From Azolla caroliniana (Eukaryota; Plantae; Polypodiophyta): a stretch of DNA of 64,000 nt. Shown here one piece after another: positions 46,901 to 61,520 of this stretch; within the stretch, counting starts at the first letter, position 1, and each line of letters opens with the position of its first letter. The translations under genes were made by a program, and so were the position numbers. The notes under the pieces are model-generated. The model was not told the origin of the DNA. It saw only the letters and a list, made by a program, of their open reading frames with translations, and ran no database searches. The DNA is taken from contig JBHGNT010000001.1 in NCBI GenBank assembly GCA_043228905.1, positions 13,950,001-14,014,000 on the forward strand, given 5' to 3'.

Positions 46901-49900
46901 ACGATACAAGAAGCAGGCTGATTGCCATCGATCTTCCACTCCACACTTTGTCGTTGGAGACATGGTCTGGTTGTTACGTCGACACATCTCTACTACTCGT
47001 CCATGTGCGAAACTTGATTACAAGAAGTTGGGACCATTCCGTATCATCGAGTGCATCAATCCTGTCGCCTTCCGGCTCGCCCTTCCATCCCACTTCCGGA
47101 TTCACGATGTTTTTCATGTCTCCCTCCTCGAACCCCATTATGCTTCACAACTCCCAGGACGTCAAGCCCCACCACCACCACCTGTGCAATTGACGACAGG
47201 GGAGGAATACGAGGTTGACCAAATCCTTGACTTGTGTTGGCACCGTCGACACTTGCAATACCTCGTCCTATGGAGGGGTTACCCCATGTCTGAGGCCACA
47301 TGGGAACCATCGGCAAATTTACAAAATGCCCCAGAGGTCGTCCAAGATTTTCATCACCGATATCCCCACAAACTAGCAGCCGATTTGGGAAGGCGGCGTA
47401 GGAGGGGGGATAATGTCAAGATTCGAACTCTTGACACGACCATGTTATAATCTAGTATTATGAGTTAACCAAGATATCTAGTACTAGTTATGTATGTAAT
47501 TGGTCCTTATTATTTTGCTAGCATCATGTGCATAGTCGCTCCCTTGTAGTATTTACACTTGGCACATGCATGCATACCTACATGCTCTATTGTAGATTCA
47601 CATGCGTGCAACAAGTATGCATGCCATGTAGTATAAATAGAGGAGTTCACCTTGAAGGAAAATCAAGGTGAACAACACCAGTTATGGAGTCTTTCCTTTA
47701 ATACTATCTTCTTTCTTGTCCATTTGGTTATCTTCTTGCTTGTCTCTTGAGTTTATGATCCGTGACATATGAAGCCATCAGAAAGAAGGACTTGGATACC
47801 ATGCAAGGTGAGTTTCTTCACCTACCCTAAGTTTGACTGACTTGTTCCAGTTAAGTGATGCACCTGTAGCATCTGAGAAAACTCGCAAACCATCGTGTGC
47901 CCGACTAAGATTACCAATCTCCCCGTCAACATAAAGGGCCGTGTCATCTGCAAATTCAGCATCCAATACAATAGGTTGTGTAAAAGGTAATGATATGCCT
48001 TTTATGCCTGCCGAAAATGATCTTAGGTAGGAGGACAGGGCTTCCCCAAACAAGATAAAAAGAAACGGGGCGAGAGGGCATCCTTGCTGAACTGACCCGA
48101 AGATAGGAAATAGTGGCCCATATCCTTCAGTAAACAAAACGGAACTAGAAGCATGCATATATAGGGCAAAGACACCTTTAATCCATGCAACAGGAAAACC
48201 TAATCTTGACAGCACTTCCTCAAGAAAGTCCCAATCCACTTTATCATAAGCCTTCTCAAAGTCAAGCAATAATACAACAAGCTGTTGTTTATTTTGCTAA
48301 GCTAAAGCAACCATTTCCCAAAACAAAAAGATGTTATAAAAAACGCTTCTATCTTGCAAAAAACCAGATTGTGTGTCATGAATAATAGACGAAAACATGT
48401 CCAATCTTAGTATGGGAGCAATGGTTTTTGCCACAATCTTGTACACGTCATTAAGCAATGTTATTGGCTTCCACTTGGCGACTTCATCACACTAGGCATC
48501 TGACTTAGGGATCATATATATGATTCCTTCCATCCATTCCACAGGCATATTACCGCTTGAAAATATTAAATTAACCGCTCTAGTAAGTAGAGGACCCAGA
48601 AAATCCCAAAAATGCAAATAGAAGCCAACTCCTTTTCCCAAACAAACATCCTTTCCTAAGGATTTAGCTGCAGAAAAAACCTTCTGCTGTGTGAATGGTT
48701 GCAATAAATGAGATGCCATTACATCTGTAAGCTTTTGTTGAATAGTTGCAAGCACAACTTGTCGCTTATAAAGATTCGCTACCGAAAAAGATTCCACAGA
48801 CAATAACTGATGGTAATAATCCGAGACTGTATCTTGCACTTCAGAGTCATTTGATGTATAAGCTCCATCAAGCCGCTTCAAAGAAGTAATAGAAAGAAGT
48901 TTATTTTTCCGTTTAAACTGATTAAAGGATTCTGTGTTGATCCGATCGTGCCTCTTACTTGATTCTTTAAAGGAGTGTAATGTTGCTCGTTGCTCGTAGT
49001 GTTGATCCGATCCGATAGTAAAAGAACATTGAGAGTTCCTCTTGCTTTTCTTTTAAAACGCTTTTCTTTTAAAACGCTTTTTACTTGTTGCAAGTCACAA
49101 CGTAGCATAGATGAAATTGGATACCTTTTCAACAGTTGTTGTGCTGCTGCAAGAGTACGACACAGGTTGACAATTTCTGAATTGCAATGATAAACCGAAG
49201 TTGCAATTATTTTTGTGAATAGAGTCTTTGTATCGAGTATGACATGAACCATATTGCTAAGCAAATACTTGTCCGAGAAGTTGTAGCTCGACGATATCTG
49301 AGTGATTGACATCTTGTGACTATCATTAGATAGCAATGAAGGAGGGATGTGCAATTGCTTGGAATATCACCTCTTGGTAAATGTAATATCTAACTTCAGA
49401 GGATCATGGTTAGAGGTCACTGATCTTGGAATAATTCCTAGGGACCCGCCCGCCTCCCAAAAGACACTACTAGTGTAAAATCTATCTAGTCGAGACAAAT
49501 TTGTAACAACCACATTCCCATTTGATCGAGAGACATGAAGGGGTCCTTGTATGCGTGAAAATGAGTGCACCTTCCATAAATCAAGCAAACCAAAGGCAAA
49601 ACAAAAATAATCCCAACACTTAGCCTCATGTCCTGAAATAGTAGTACCGAAACCTCCCAATCTATCAACAACTTCTTCAATCATATTTAATAAAGTCACC
49701 TCCCACCAACCAACAATCCGCATAATCAGAAAGAGATAACCATAAATCTGCCCTTTTTGACACATAATTACTTGGGGCATAGAGATTCATGAGGCCAACC
49801 TTTTGGGATTCTCTTTTTAAAATAAGGAATTGTGCCCGTTTATTCATAGTAGTAGTTGCTGACACGATGTTAGACTACAATTGTTCTCTAATAGCAAATT

Positions 49901-52111
49901 ATGCATAATCCAAGCCGACGACCATTAAGGCCAAATGCAGGAACCCAAAAACGAGTTCATCGTCCTGGTAAAATGGAACCATATTTCCGAATCCTATCCA
50001 TGCACAGGTGATGCTCATGTAGAAACAAAATATCAATAATACCAATAGTAGAAGTACCTAAATCTGATCGTAAGAGTCCTTTAACTCTACGAAAGGCCTG
50101 TCCACCCAGGCCTTGTACATTCCAGGAAAGAAAATGTAAGGTGTCCATATTACATAGGTTTTAGTGATGTCCTTTTCTCAAGAAGAGCCTCTTGACGGCC
50201 TTTCTGAGCACCCTCATGAGCTCTCTCTTGTCTTTTTAAAACCAAATAATTCCCTGCATACTTATGCACCCTATGTTTCTTAACCTGCTTTTGAGCGATT
50301 TGAATTGTCAAAGTATCTTGTGAAACTGTAAATTGAAATCCAGTACAAGGGAGTTTATCTACACCCTTAGCCATTTCAACACCCAGATTGTTTGGTTGAC
50401 TAGAAACAAGTTTTCCCAAGAGATTATCGACAGGAATTGAATTACTAGAGACTTCAAACTATTGGGTTGCTTCAAATCTCGTGACACTTTGAGGCATTTC
50501 CACATCCATTGTATCTTGAGTGGAAACAACCTTTTCTTTTGATTTTTCAAAAGAAGCCAAATTAACAAACGTAGACAAATGTTGATTCTCCACAATTTTC
50601 AAGAGTGGTTGGCCTACTACCAACCTCGGGAAGGACTTAAGCAACTAAATGGAATGCAGATTTGTCTTTTGTGAGGAAGAATCTGGGTCGAGCCTTTGTT
50701 GAGGAAGGCGGGATGATGAGTGGTCCAAAACATTTACCTCGTGTGAACGGTCCTATTGTACATTGAGAGTAGAATACCTATTTTGTAAGGGAGGAAATTC
50801 CTTTAGGTTGTTTCTAGACACATGGTGAGGTTTGTCGTGAGATACTTGTGAAGTTGTCTTCCTACGCCCCACCCCAATCCAACCATCAGATCTATCCTGA
50901 TGGCATTATAGTTGTGATAAGGGCATGTTTGTCGGTATCTTTAGTAATTTTTGGACAATTTTTTGCCAAAATGTCCAAATCCAAAACAACGAAAACATTG
51001 ATTTGGTAAGCCCCTATGCAAATTTTTCTGAGAAAAAGATTCTTGCCTTTGGTCAAGTAAATTGGGCAACAATATATTTGAGGGCAGAACTGCGGATTTA
51101 GAAATCAAAAGTTTTGCAGATGCGGTTCCCATTGACTTTTCTTCGATCTGACGAGGCTTATCATAAGTTTCCAAAATCATACCAATATTACCAGCAATTA
51201 AATGCATGAAAGGCATCCATTCTTTATGCAAATTGGGAAACACCACCACACATGTATGCTATAAATCTAAATCATGAAGTGCCTGATTTGCGGAGAAGTT
51301 GTGAATCCATTTATGAAAGGCAACCCATACTCCCTTGACTGCCACAACTTTCTTCTCCAGTATGATTGGCACCATTCGTTCCAGCTCAAATTCCACCTGA
51401 TAGTAATTCCATCCAAGCATCTGTACATCTGTGATGTTATCAACATCTTGTTTCAATGCCGCTTGCAACAATAAACGAAGGTCAACGCGTCAAGGACGAA
51501 TGCCCAAAACATGTGCAATGGCCGTGCTCTTCTCTAGAGATCATGTGTGAAACTTATTAATAAGCTTAGAGTATGTAAGCTATGAGTATATTGAATGGTT
51601 AGGAGGTTACTTAATGCCATATTATAGTGAATAATTTATAGAGTCGCCAGAAATGCTTAGCTAGAGAACAATTGAGTTGTAAGCATGCTTAAAGCAAAGA
51701 GGGTTAGGTAAATATACATTGAAGAGGTGGAGACTTGGAGTAATTTGTTTGTAGATGAAGAGAAAACAAAGAGATCGAAAGCATATGCTTTAGTGATTGT
51801 GCCAATTCATAGAGCATGGGGTCTAGAGATGATTAAATTTGACTTTGGTAGGGTCTTTATCAAGATATAGAGGCATTCCTACGTACTATAGGCAAACACA
51901 ACAAAAGTTTATTGAGAGGGTTATTTTTCCATTCCCAACAACAAGTGTTGGTTCACTCCAAATGTGCACAAATGATTAGAGCTAAAAGACAACAACAAAC
52001 CCCAAGAAAAAGGTCGTTGGCCCCCATTGTAGATAGATATATTGAGAAGACCGGATCCAAATACACCCATATTGCCCATGGATATGCCAAATGGTTGGAA
52101 ACCCTCTAATG

Positions 52112-52681
52112 TGATAGGATACTTGTCCCCGACTATGCTCGGTCACAGCCGAGACGTCGGAGCAATCACAGAAAACAGGGATGTGGAGAGGTGTAACTAC
52201 ACACGAAACAGTAAAGAAGAGAGTGCACTGGATGTTAACGTGGAAAACCCAAATATGGGAAAAACCACGACAACCCTCAGACTGCAAAATATCACTATAT
52301 CAAGATTACAACAATGGGGCACAGAGGCAACGACCTCTTGCTCCCTCGCTTCGCCACCAAGCGGTTACAACAGAGGCAACAACCTCTTCCTCTCTCTCTC
52401 TCTCGCTCTCTCTCTCTTTGTACACAGTTACGCACTGAATTATCGCCACAACGATAATGACACAACCAACTCCCTTCATACAAAGGTTTGCCCTAAGTCA
52501 TACTTATATTGATATGACTATTCGGCTATTCACAAATATAGCCCCAATGGGCTCTTAGGAACACATTTATGAATATGTCCCTTCATCTGGTGAGCACTCC
52601 TCACCGGGCCTACATCATCCGGCGGATGCCAGGTCTTGCCGGGCCTTGTTCATCCCATCCGGAGGGACCGATATCCCAACA
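52112..52681 (-). mobile_element. Solo LTR related to the Copia B LTR family
   Basis: TG...CA, 570 bp, perfect TSD TAATG at 52107-52111 and 52682-52686. Shares gaggcaacgacctc, gcggttacaacagaggcaa, tttgccctaagtcata and ccatccggagggacc with the element B LTR. Confidence 0.9.
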
Positions 52682-55479
52682 TAATGTTTGTTTTAGAAAA
52701 AGTATCACTCACCAATCATAGATGGTTCTAGAATTGTTAAATCCACAATACAAGCAATCGTTCTTAAGATTATGACAAGAAATACATGTAAAAGATCGTT
52801 GGACCAAGCGGGTTCTCCGTAATAGTTGTGTCATGTCCCTGGTGCCTTCGCTCCACGCCCACACATGTATTTTACTTATACATATCCATTATTAGAGGCT
52901 ATAACTAGTATGTTGTAGTTTTTGCTCATCCTTATTTAAAATAGGCATATGTGCATTAGGTAACGGTGGATGTTACTACAAATCCTCCTCCTCCTCCTAA
53001 TACTATGAGATAATATATGCCTTTCACATTTCATTACTATAGTCTATAATTGATGTGTCATTTTTTGCTATTGCTCCTAATATTAGAGGAACATCCAGCT
53101 TTTAACATTTGATTAGTCTTATGGGCAAATCTTGGCCTTTAATAGACATCACAAGCTTTGTCATTTAACATCACCATGAAAAAATTATTGTGTTTTGAAC
53201 ATTCAAGTGAAAATTCTTTGACAACCTACATTTAACTTAGACCATTGGCAATCCATAGTCTCTCTCTCTCTCTCTCTACAAGTGGTACCTCTCTCATGGG
53301 GTGTACAAAGGCATAAGATGGTGGGGGTAAGAGGTTGACAAAATAAAATAAATGTTGGATCAAGTGTGAAATGTTGAATAGTATATAATGTATAGAAATA
53401 TACACATATAGTATTAGATATGGACCGAGAGAAAAGTAGACAATGTATGTAATATCACCTTTCTAACTAGCAACATGTGTGCCCTACAATTTCCATCCAC
53501 AATAGTGCCATGCACTGGTAGTGTGTGTACGTACACACAAAAAAAGATCAAACCACTATATATCCCACCCGAAAAGTTATGATATGCAAAAGGAGGGTGC
53601 ATTAATTCATTAATACTTATACACATATACATACAAAATGTGGATGCAACCCAATCGTGCTGGCAATTGTTTATACCTTTCATTATTATTTTTGTTTAAT
53701 CTAGTATTGGTTCAACTGGTGTTTCTCTTTTTTTTTTGCTTTTTCGATTAAAATAAATGTATTAATTGTTTAACTCAAAAGCTTCCAAGAGCCATTGTTC
53801 CCGTAAGTGGACATTTTTCTTAAAAAGGTGAAACATAAGTTGTTGACATGGAAACATGCTAGACCCATGCAATGTAGGTTTTTCCTTTTTCTTTTTTGAT
53901 AATTGGATTTTCACTAGCGCGTTAGTGGAAGTGGAGAGGCTTACTTTTTCTAAGTGTAGTTTTCCTACACCACCATTGTCATCCATTGTAATGGTATACT
54001 AATATTTAATTAGCTATTAATGATGTATTATGAAAATTTCTTAAATCATTACTAGATGCAATAGGATAGATTTTTTCATTGTCCATAGAGGTGAAACTAT
54101 GACTTGTGGTACAATAAAAATAGTTTCATGTAATATGTGCAAAGTTCAAAAGTGAACTCCCGAAGTCCCCACATGCTCAATAGTTCCAACATAAGCTTTG
54201 CAATCTATGGTACACAATGTATGAAGGCGTGCAACGATGTATTATATTATATGAGCTGTGATCCCACATTTACAAAGATGTATACTAATAGGTCACAATG
54301 TGTGAAGATCATAAAAATGAAAAAAGTGGTGCAAGACGTACTCTAGACACCTGACGGACAATGTCTCTTATTAGAGTACAAATTAAGGTGCCCTTAACAA
54401 TGTTGACGGAGGATATGGTAAAGAATCAAGGGTTTGATGTAATCAATAATAGTTTCATTATCATCATCATCTAATGTTCATGGTCAAGTTTTTTAATCCA
54501 ATGTTAAAAATGTGATTCATCTAATGAAAAGGCTTTAGTTACCACAACAATGAATAATGGAATTGAAAGTTGATATAACGATTTAGGAGGGTAAATTGCA
54601 CAACTTTGCATTCCAAAAAATAGACAATGACATGCAATATGTGCTTAAATTTAGTCTTCTGGAAATTTACAACTATCGAATAATGGCATTACAAAATTGA
54701 GCAAATAATAGCACATTGGTGGAACAAAGAAACAATTTGGTAATGAACTACTAAAATTGTTTGCATATTTTTACCCACGGTTGTGAAAGACAAATGTTCG
54801 ATTTCATATGGAAATAATGAAATTCAATTGTGGCATGCCGCATAATATGTGGGTTGGGTGAATGAGAAACAATTGATCCTTGTGAGCTCAAGAGATTTGG
54901 TGCAAGGATTTTCAATGCTTAAATTGAATTGTGCGGTGCCCCATGTGGGGTAAAGCAAAACTACTAATTCATCTAGAAATACTACTTAAAATTATCATTC
55001 CCTTGAACTCATGCACATGGATAGATGAGTGGGGTACCACACCAAATCTTGTGTTTGCGTGTCTTGATTCATAGCAAAACTAAAGTTGCGCAAAAACTTG
55101 TGGGGGACACGGTGACATTTGAGAGGCACTTAGATGTGTTTGCAATGTGCATGTCCCACAACAAGTAAGAACAAAGTGTCATAGAAAAGTTACAAATAGT
55201 AAAATACATTTATTTTGTATTGTTAATGTAAAAAGTGGCGTGTGTTACGATCCAAGGGAAGATTTGTTTATCTCTTGTGTGATAAAATTTGATGAGCTGA
55301 ATGAAATCGTGGGTACACATCCTTCTAAGAATATCGAAAGTGACATGATTCAATGCGAATGAAGAAGAAAAAGAAGATTCAACTATCGATCATTGTATGG
55401 TAAGTGAACGTCTACAAGGATGAGGAAAAACTTGTAAAACGACAACATATAAACCCTTTTATCTTAGAGTCGAAGGAAG

Positions 55480-55600
55480 AACACAATAGATATATTTGTA
55501 ACAACTTTCAGTAACCAAAAGTGGTGAGCAATTAATGCCTTGAAGAAAAATGAAACTTGGGAGTTAGTACCGAAACCCTTAAAAAAGGAAAATGGACATA
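55480..55600 (+). mobile_element. Tiny decayed Copia RT fragment
   Basis: INALKKNETWELVPKP, the typical start of Copia RT. Confidence 0.55.
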
Positions 55601-58386
55601 TACACTAACATTGACATAATGTCCAATGTTTAAATGAATATGGTAAATTTAAATGAATTTGGCGGCTCTGATGGAGTTGAAAGACAATGAATAGCCTTCA
55701 TCCAACAATGGTCGTCCTCTCCCTTTCTTGAGTCAGTGGGCATCCACATAAGATGGAACTATTGCGTCCCTACAAGGATTTGTACATAATCTTGTAAAAT
55801 TTTATAACTAATAGAAAGAGTTTTTTTTGGATAAAAAAATAAAAAAATAAAATGGTAAATTTAACCCAGACTTCGAGCAAATCTAACAAACGGAAAACCT
55901 CGCACACATAATATAGATGGTTGTGAAGTGGAAGGTAAGTGTCGGATCAACAGATAAAATGGCTTGTGCCCCTTGTTCTTGACATATTTCGTGGATTAAC
56001 CTAATTTACTAATAGCACTTTGGCTTGGCCTTTCCCATTGTGTATGCTCATCCGTAGATGGTGCTTTAACATAGGTAATGTGAGTTGGGGGCAACGTGAT
56101 GAAAAGAGAGTAACTCTAGTTGGTCTCTATTGATTACATTTGCTTCCACCTTAGGGTTGCTTGCCTTGCTGAAATTTCTATCTTGAAACAAAAATCAAGA
56201 GTTATTTATCACATTCTTTACAATTAGTAAGTTTTTCGAGATCAATATGTTGTCCATTTGAGCAATCTGTTTACAATGTCCATACCATGGAAATGCATGA
56301 GTGAAAGCAAATAGTGCAATCTATCTAGATTCCATTTCTTCTTTTTATATTACTAATGAAACTAATTATCAAGAAGACTTACTCTTCTTTAACGTTTGAC
56401 TTTGAACAATGTACACATGAAAGAGTTGTCCGTGCATCACTAATATAACACCATGATGATTCTAATTGCCAAAAACTCCAAAAGAAATAGTTTTCTTAAT
56501 AAGTTTTTCATGAGTTTCATTTCCACATACTGTTGATAGTCACCATTAGGATGTCACATTGGCCCATAATGGAAGGAGAAAATATATACTTCATGATAAA
56601 ATCTCTTATATTATATATTGACAATTGTATCCGAATGCTATACAATACATTTGCAAAACACCAATGTCTTTGTTTGTTTTCCAAAGTTCGATTGTTTCGT
56701 TCCATGTGGCATGTGACATGTTTTGTTGCTTATTGTTCCATTATGTATTACATTGGAATTTGGATTACCATGTTGTAGCAAGACATTAAGAACACCAACT
56801 AAGCTCAAATACTATCCATTTCACCCACCTTTATCGCTTTTGAGTTTTTGTGATTCTAAATTTATTTTTTATTGCACCTACACATATAACTTCTACATTT
56901 ATTAATGCAACCACTAGAAACATGAATTATTCGATCCAACATTGAATGAAAGAAAGATGAATGGAAAAATCTTTCTCCCCATAAAATATGGGCCCAATTT
57001 TTTTGGCACCAAAGACCTTGCAATCTAGTAGATAATGCTTGTAATAATAGTAAAGAGAAACACACAAGGAAATGACAAGTCGAGGCATTATAGTGGCACG
57101 CATAATTATTTTGATGAATTTGTTTTGACAAACTTAAACAATGTGATTCGTGATCATTGTTCAACATTGTATGGTAATCCATTGTTCCTTGTTGCAATGC
57201 CGCAATGGTGCCAACCTTCATCTATGTGACCAACATACCAAACAATGTTCATCTCACATGAGAGCCAAAACTCCACTTGGATGACACAAATGTGATAGTA
57301 GTTAATGTACTAAAGATGATAGTTTTGACCTCAAGGCATTTCTAGAACATGATTGACGATCTCTACGTGCATGCAACCCAACTAACTAATATTTGGTATG
57401 AGTGATGGAGACATAATTGCCTGTTAAAGTTTGGTCAATTTGATGATATATCCAAGCAAATCCAATATAATTAATTCATGAGTTAATGCATGATCAAGTT
57501 GATGATATCAACAATGAAAACCATCTGCCAATGTTTGGTCTTGTTAAAGATTAGATACACATACTCAAGAAACCCAACACAATTATTACTCAATGTTATG
57601 GATGTCATTTGGTCACGTTGAAGATGTATATGCAAGAAAACAATACCTTTGCTGATATTGTTTGATATAAACCAACATAAAACTCTAATTTTATGCGGGC
57701 GCACACATACACATTTGTACGGTTAGATAAGGGCAAAACTTTTGGAATATCACATTTTTTTGTACTTTTTGCTGATAAAATCACACTTAAGGCCAAACAC
57801 CAAATTTTGTGAGCTACGCTTGGAGAAATTTCCTCTAAAAGAAACCCTTTGAATGCATTAAAAGAGAACTTTTTTCACAACCTTGGAAATTTGAGAGAGA
57901 GAGAGAGAGAGAGATGGTTTTAGCAATGGTTGGGTATACTCTTGAGTCTTGACTTACAATTTCACAACATTCAAAAACTTTTAGATATAGTGGGTCACTA
58001 TGGGGTGAATCTATATCATGTTTCAAATCTTGGGCATTTCCTCAAGTTTAATTTTTGCAACCTTAAAAAAAAGGCAATGTTTGAATCATGAAATGCCTTT
58101 CTCTCTCTATAGAGAGAGTAAAAAAAGAGAACTTTAGATAATATTATTTGTGAGGAGAGAGAGTAGTGGGTCACTACGGGGTGAATCTCATGACACAGAG
58201 AGTGAGCACTATCAGGTGTTTAATCTTGAGAGAGAGAGTAGTGGGTCACTATGGGGTTGGATTTATCTTGGTTATGGACTTTGAAAAGATACACACAAGA
58301 GGGATCTTGGCATTCGAGCCCCCCCCCTTGATGAGTGTTGGACTAGGTAGTGCTCACCAGCTCCACTTGCTTTCTTCTTCAGCATC

Positions 58387-58420
<34 letters not shown>

Positions 58421-58910
58421 TATGCACACATTGAACGATAAATGTTGTAAGTGGTCCTTTCACGTCAAACAAAAGAAAACCCATTCTTTTGATACATGCA
58501 TATATACATGAAATGCAAACATACACACATTTCATTTTAACACTCCATAATGTATGCAAACCAATACACATACATAACATAGTGTACATTCATACCTAGA
58601 TAAATGCATTAATTGCAAAAATACATCCATATAATTTCGTAAAACTAAAAGTTCTATTTTTATCTCATGCATAGAACATCCACATACATAATGTTGAGAA
58701 CATGAAGGCGTAAGTGCATATTTTGCAACTCAATCAATTTTTAGTATGATCTTCCTAATGCACCACTTTGACTTGGTGGCACTAGCAATTAATAGTCCAC
58801 AAAGAAGAGGGACAAACAATGCATGAATGTCCTAGAGTGTTGGGGTACTCGATACCACAATTACACAATCAAGAGATCCAAGAGATTCATAGCCCACACC
58901 AACACAACTT

Positions 58911-59415
58911 TGAAGGGGGAGTGTTGTGAGGGTGAAAATATGGATTTGGAGGCAAAAGTTTTAGGAGCAACAACAAACTATGGGGTCTCATTTGCTGTGG
59001 TGCATGCATGCAAAAGGTGAAGCCATAAAGAATGATAGAGGATTGACATTGGCTACCCAATGGTTAAGCGATTAAGTGTAGAGGGAAAACAAATTGGAGT
59101 GTGCAAGGGGGTCTCCTCGCAATCACATTAGTCATATGCCTAGGGAAGCACACAAACACATTGTATATAATGTAAGCAAGGAGGGAAGAATAGCTAGTAG
59201 AAGGAGAAACACATACTCATTAAGGGCATGATCCCAGTTTTAATGCTAGTGTAATTTTGCTAATGAGAAAGTGGGAGAGTTTATGTGAGTAAGTGATATC
59301 CATGTGGTGTAGGAAGTATCCTTCAAGAGGATGCCCACTATGAGAGTCCTAGAGAGAGGGAGAGAGAGAGAGAGAGAGAGAGGAGATGATCGCTAAAGGG
59401 AGGTATACTAGAAGG
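58911..59415 (+). mobile_element. Possible old 3' LTR remnant
   Basis: PPT-like tgaagggggag followed by TGTTG at 58922, then a TATA-like and GA-rich tract. Right end undetermined. Confidence 0.35.
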
Positions 59416-59974
59416 TAGCAATTGGCAAACCAAATGGTAAAAAAAACTTGAATTGAACTAAACCGAGGAACTTGTTAAACCAAACTGGTAGAGGGATTTA
59501 CAAACGGTTCAAGAGGATTACAAGCTGTTAAGTTTTGGTTTCATTGTAGACCAAAATGGAAGCTTAAACCAAATATTTTTGGTTCGAAGTTTTCAAACCT
59601 TTTAGGTCTCCTCATAAACCAAGAGAAGAACAAATATTGAACCTCAAATGTTATAACTTATTATAATAAAAGGATATATAGCTCTTAAGTTGTTGACTAA
59701 AACTTTAAAAAGTTAAATTCATATTTAATCAATATTACAGAAATTTCTTACCCCGTATACCATTAAGCAATTTAAGTGGTGGTTTAAAACAAAGTTAAAC
59801 CACAATCTATTAAGTTGATAACTGAATTGAACCCTTGAACCCCCTAGCCAAATCGAAATGAAATTGAATGATTTACAAATTTTCAAACTTGAATCAAACT
59901 TTTTAAACTATCAAGCCATTGACCCGTGTTTATGTGGTATGGTTCAACTCAAACAAAACCATTGCCAATTGCTA
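59416..59974. mobile_element. Older hAT-type MITE related to 7660-8078
   Basis: 13-bp TIR TAGCAATTGGCAA / TTGCCAATTGCTA and aaacc/ggttt subterminal motifs. TSD degraded (ctagaagg vs catgaaca). Confidence 0.65.
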
Positions 59975-60550
59975 CATGAACATCGAAGGGATCTTCATCA
60001 AGTGAAGAGATAGAGAGAGTGATTTGCGAACAAGTGAGATGAAGGAACATGTACCAGGACAAAATCTTCTTTAGGTCTCAATTTGGGAGTCATCTTAGCG
60101 ATAAGGATTGAACTCTAAACTTTTACCAGTGGCCTATTCTTGTCGGCACCTACACAAAATAGGGACATTAACATACATGAGCTCTCTCATGTGTACGTGC
60201 TATGCTGCCTACATGTTTCACATGGATGGAGGTATTTGTTATTGCATATTATCTAGTACCGATGTTCATATTGCATGCATGGACCACAACCCAAACGTTT
60301 ACAATTATGGATATGACTATAACAATTACTTGGAAAGGTGAGACGAGGTAGTTGGGGCAAAACATGGAATGTAGGATCCACAATATCTTTCGGGCTATAG
60401 GGGCCCACAACTCTTTTAATTCTATCACAATAACATGAGTTTGTGTGTATGTATGTATACATGGGCATTGTGGATCCTAATGAATGAGCAAAGAGGTGGG
60501 GAGGGACAAGTTGGGTCCGTGTGGTTGGGCCACTACTTTGGCCAAGAGTC

Positions 60551-60601
<51 letters not shown>

Positions 60602-60624
60602 ATACACACATACATACATGTGTG

Positions 60625-60655
<31 letters not shown>

Positions 60656-60765
60656 GTGTGTGTGTGTATATGTGTAGTCAGTGAGTAGGGAAACCCAATA
60701 AAAGAAGAGATGGATGTATGTACAAATACATAGTGGAGCTCTGCAACACACAACAACATCAACAG

Positions 60766-60799
<34 letters not shown>

Positions 60800-61520
60800 A
60801 GAGTAGAGAGAGAATGTGTGTGATTAGAAGGAAGTTGCTTCACTGTCAGAGGGACAGGTCTCCACTACAACAAACACACACACACACATTCTCTCTCCAC
60901 CCTACCCCCCCCCTACTACTATGCTCTCTCTTCTTCTTCTTCTTCTTCTTCTTTTTCTATTGAAAACACACTACATACATACTAACAATACTCTGCTCTG
61001 TTCTCTCTCTCTCTCTCTCTCTCTCTATCATTGCACCCTCACCCCCCCACACACAAACAACTACCACCACCACCACCATTACCACCATTACCATTACTTC
61101 AATTGAGTTTGAAGAAAGATGAATAAAAAGGAGAATTTCCCACTTCCTCCTCCTCTTCTATATGTATACCTTCCCCCCTTATAATCCCTCCCATCCCCCC
61201 CCCCCCCCCCTCTCTCTCTTTCACTGCTCTTAACACACAACCTTCTTCTCTATCTTTCTCTCTGCTAACAACAAATCCGTCCTTACCATCTCTAATCCTT
61301 GTCCACACCCAAGGTATATGCATCTGCATACTTCCTGCATCTATCTTCTCTCTCTCTCTCTCGTGATGTATTATATATATATCCTCCATCATATGTATGC
61401 ATACCCTATTTATACATTCACTTGAGAATGCTATTTGTGTTTGTGTGTGTGTACGTATGTATGTATGTATTCTCATTGCAATTCAGTGTATATGTATGTA
61501 TGTATGTATGTATATCTGCT
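60551..61520. repeat. Microsatellite cluster upstream of and in the first intron of the HLH gene
   Basis: (CA)n, (TATG)n, (GA)n, (CTT)n, (CT)n, (CAC)n and a poly-C run at ~61195-61210. Confidence 0.9.

Larger units (their letters stand above)
42476..47767 (+). mobile_element. Full-length Ty3/Gypsy chromovirus (Tcn1/Tf1-like), pseudogenised by stop codons
   Basis: LTRs 42476-42829 and 47414-47767 (354 bp, 3 differences), TSD TATGA, PPT ...ggaggggggataa. Gag 42880-43896 (CMYCGASGHVVRHC), PR LLDSGAS, RT YLDD, RH ETDASD, INT, and chromodomain EYEVDQIL...YLVLWRGY...TWEP. Confidence 0.96.
40627..51540 (-). mobile_element. Decayed L1-clade LINE (LINE-b), split by a chromovirus
   Basis: ORF1 remnants at 50150-51540 with CFRCFGFGH. 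ORF2 starts MDTLHFLSWNVQG at 50148 and contains RLDRFY, LDFEKAYD, QGCPLAP, FADD, a zf-RVT motif (CDFC...HAFWSC) and LWALWKCR near 40700. Confidence 0.9.

Noticed and set aside
51545-51905. Possible solo LTR at the 5' end of LINE-b
   Set aside because: No TSD or second copy found.
53700-57800. AT-rich region with hints of an old DNA transposase (possible SWIM-like C...KHQ near 56620-56665)
   Set aside because: Too degenerate to support without an HMM search; no TIRs or TSD seen.
58191-58360. TGACACAGAGAGTGAGCAC resembles miR156, with gtgctcac about 150 nt downstream
   Set aside because: It has one deletion and one substitution relative to miR156, only about 10 bp can pair with the putative star arm, and it sits in a local GA-rich repeat.
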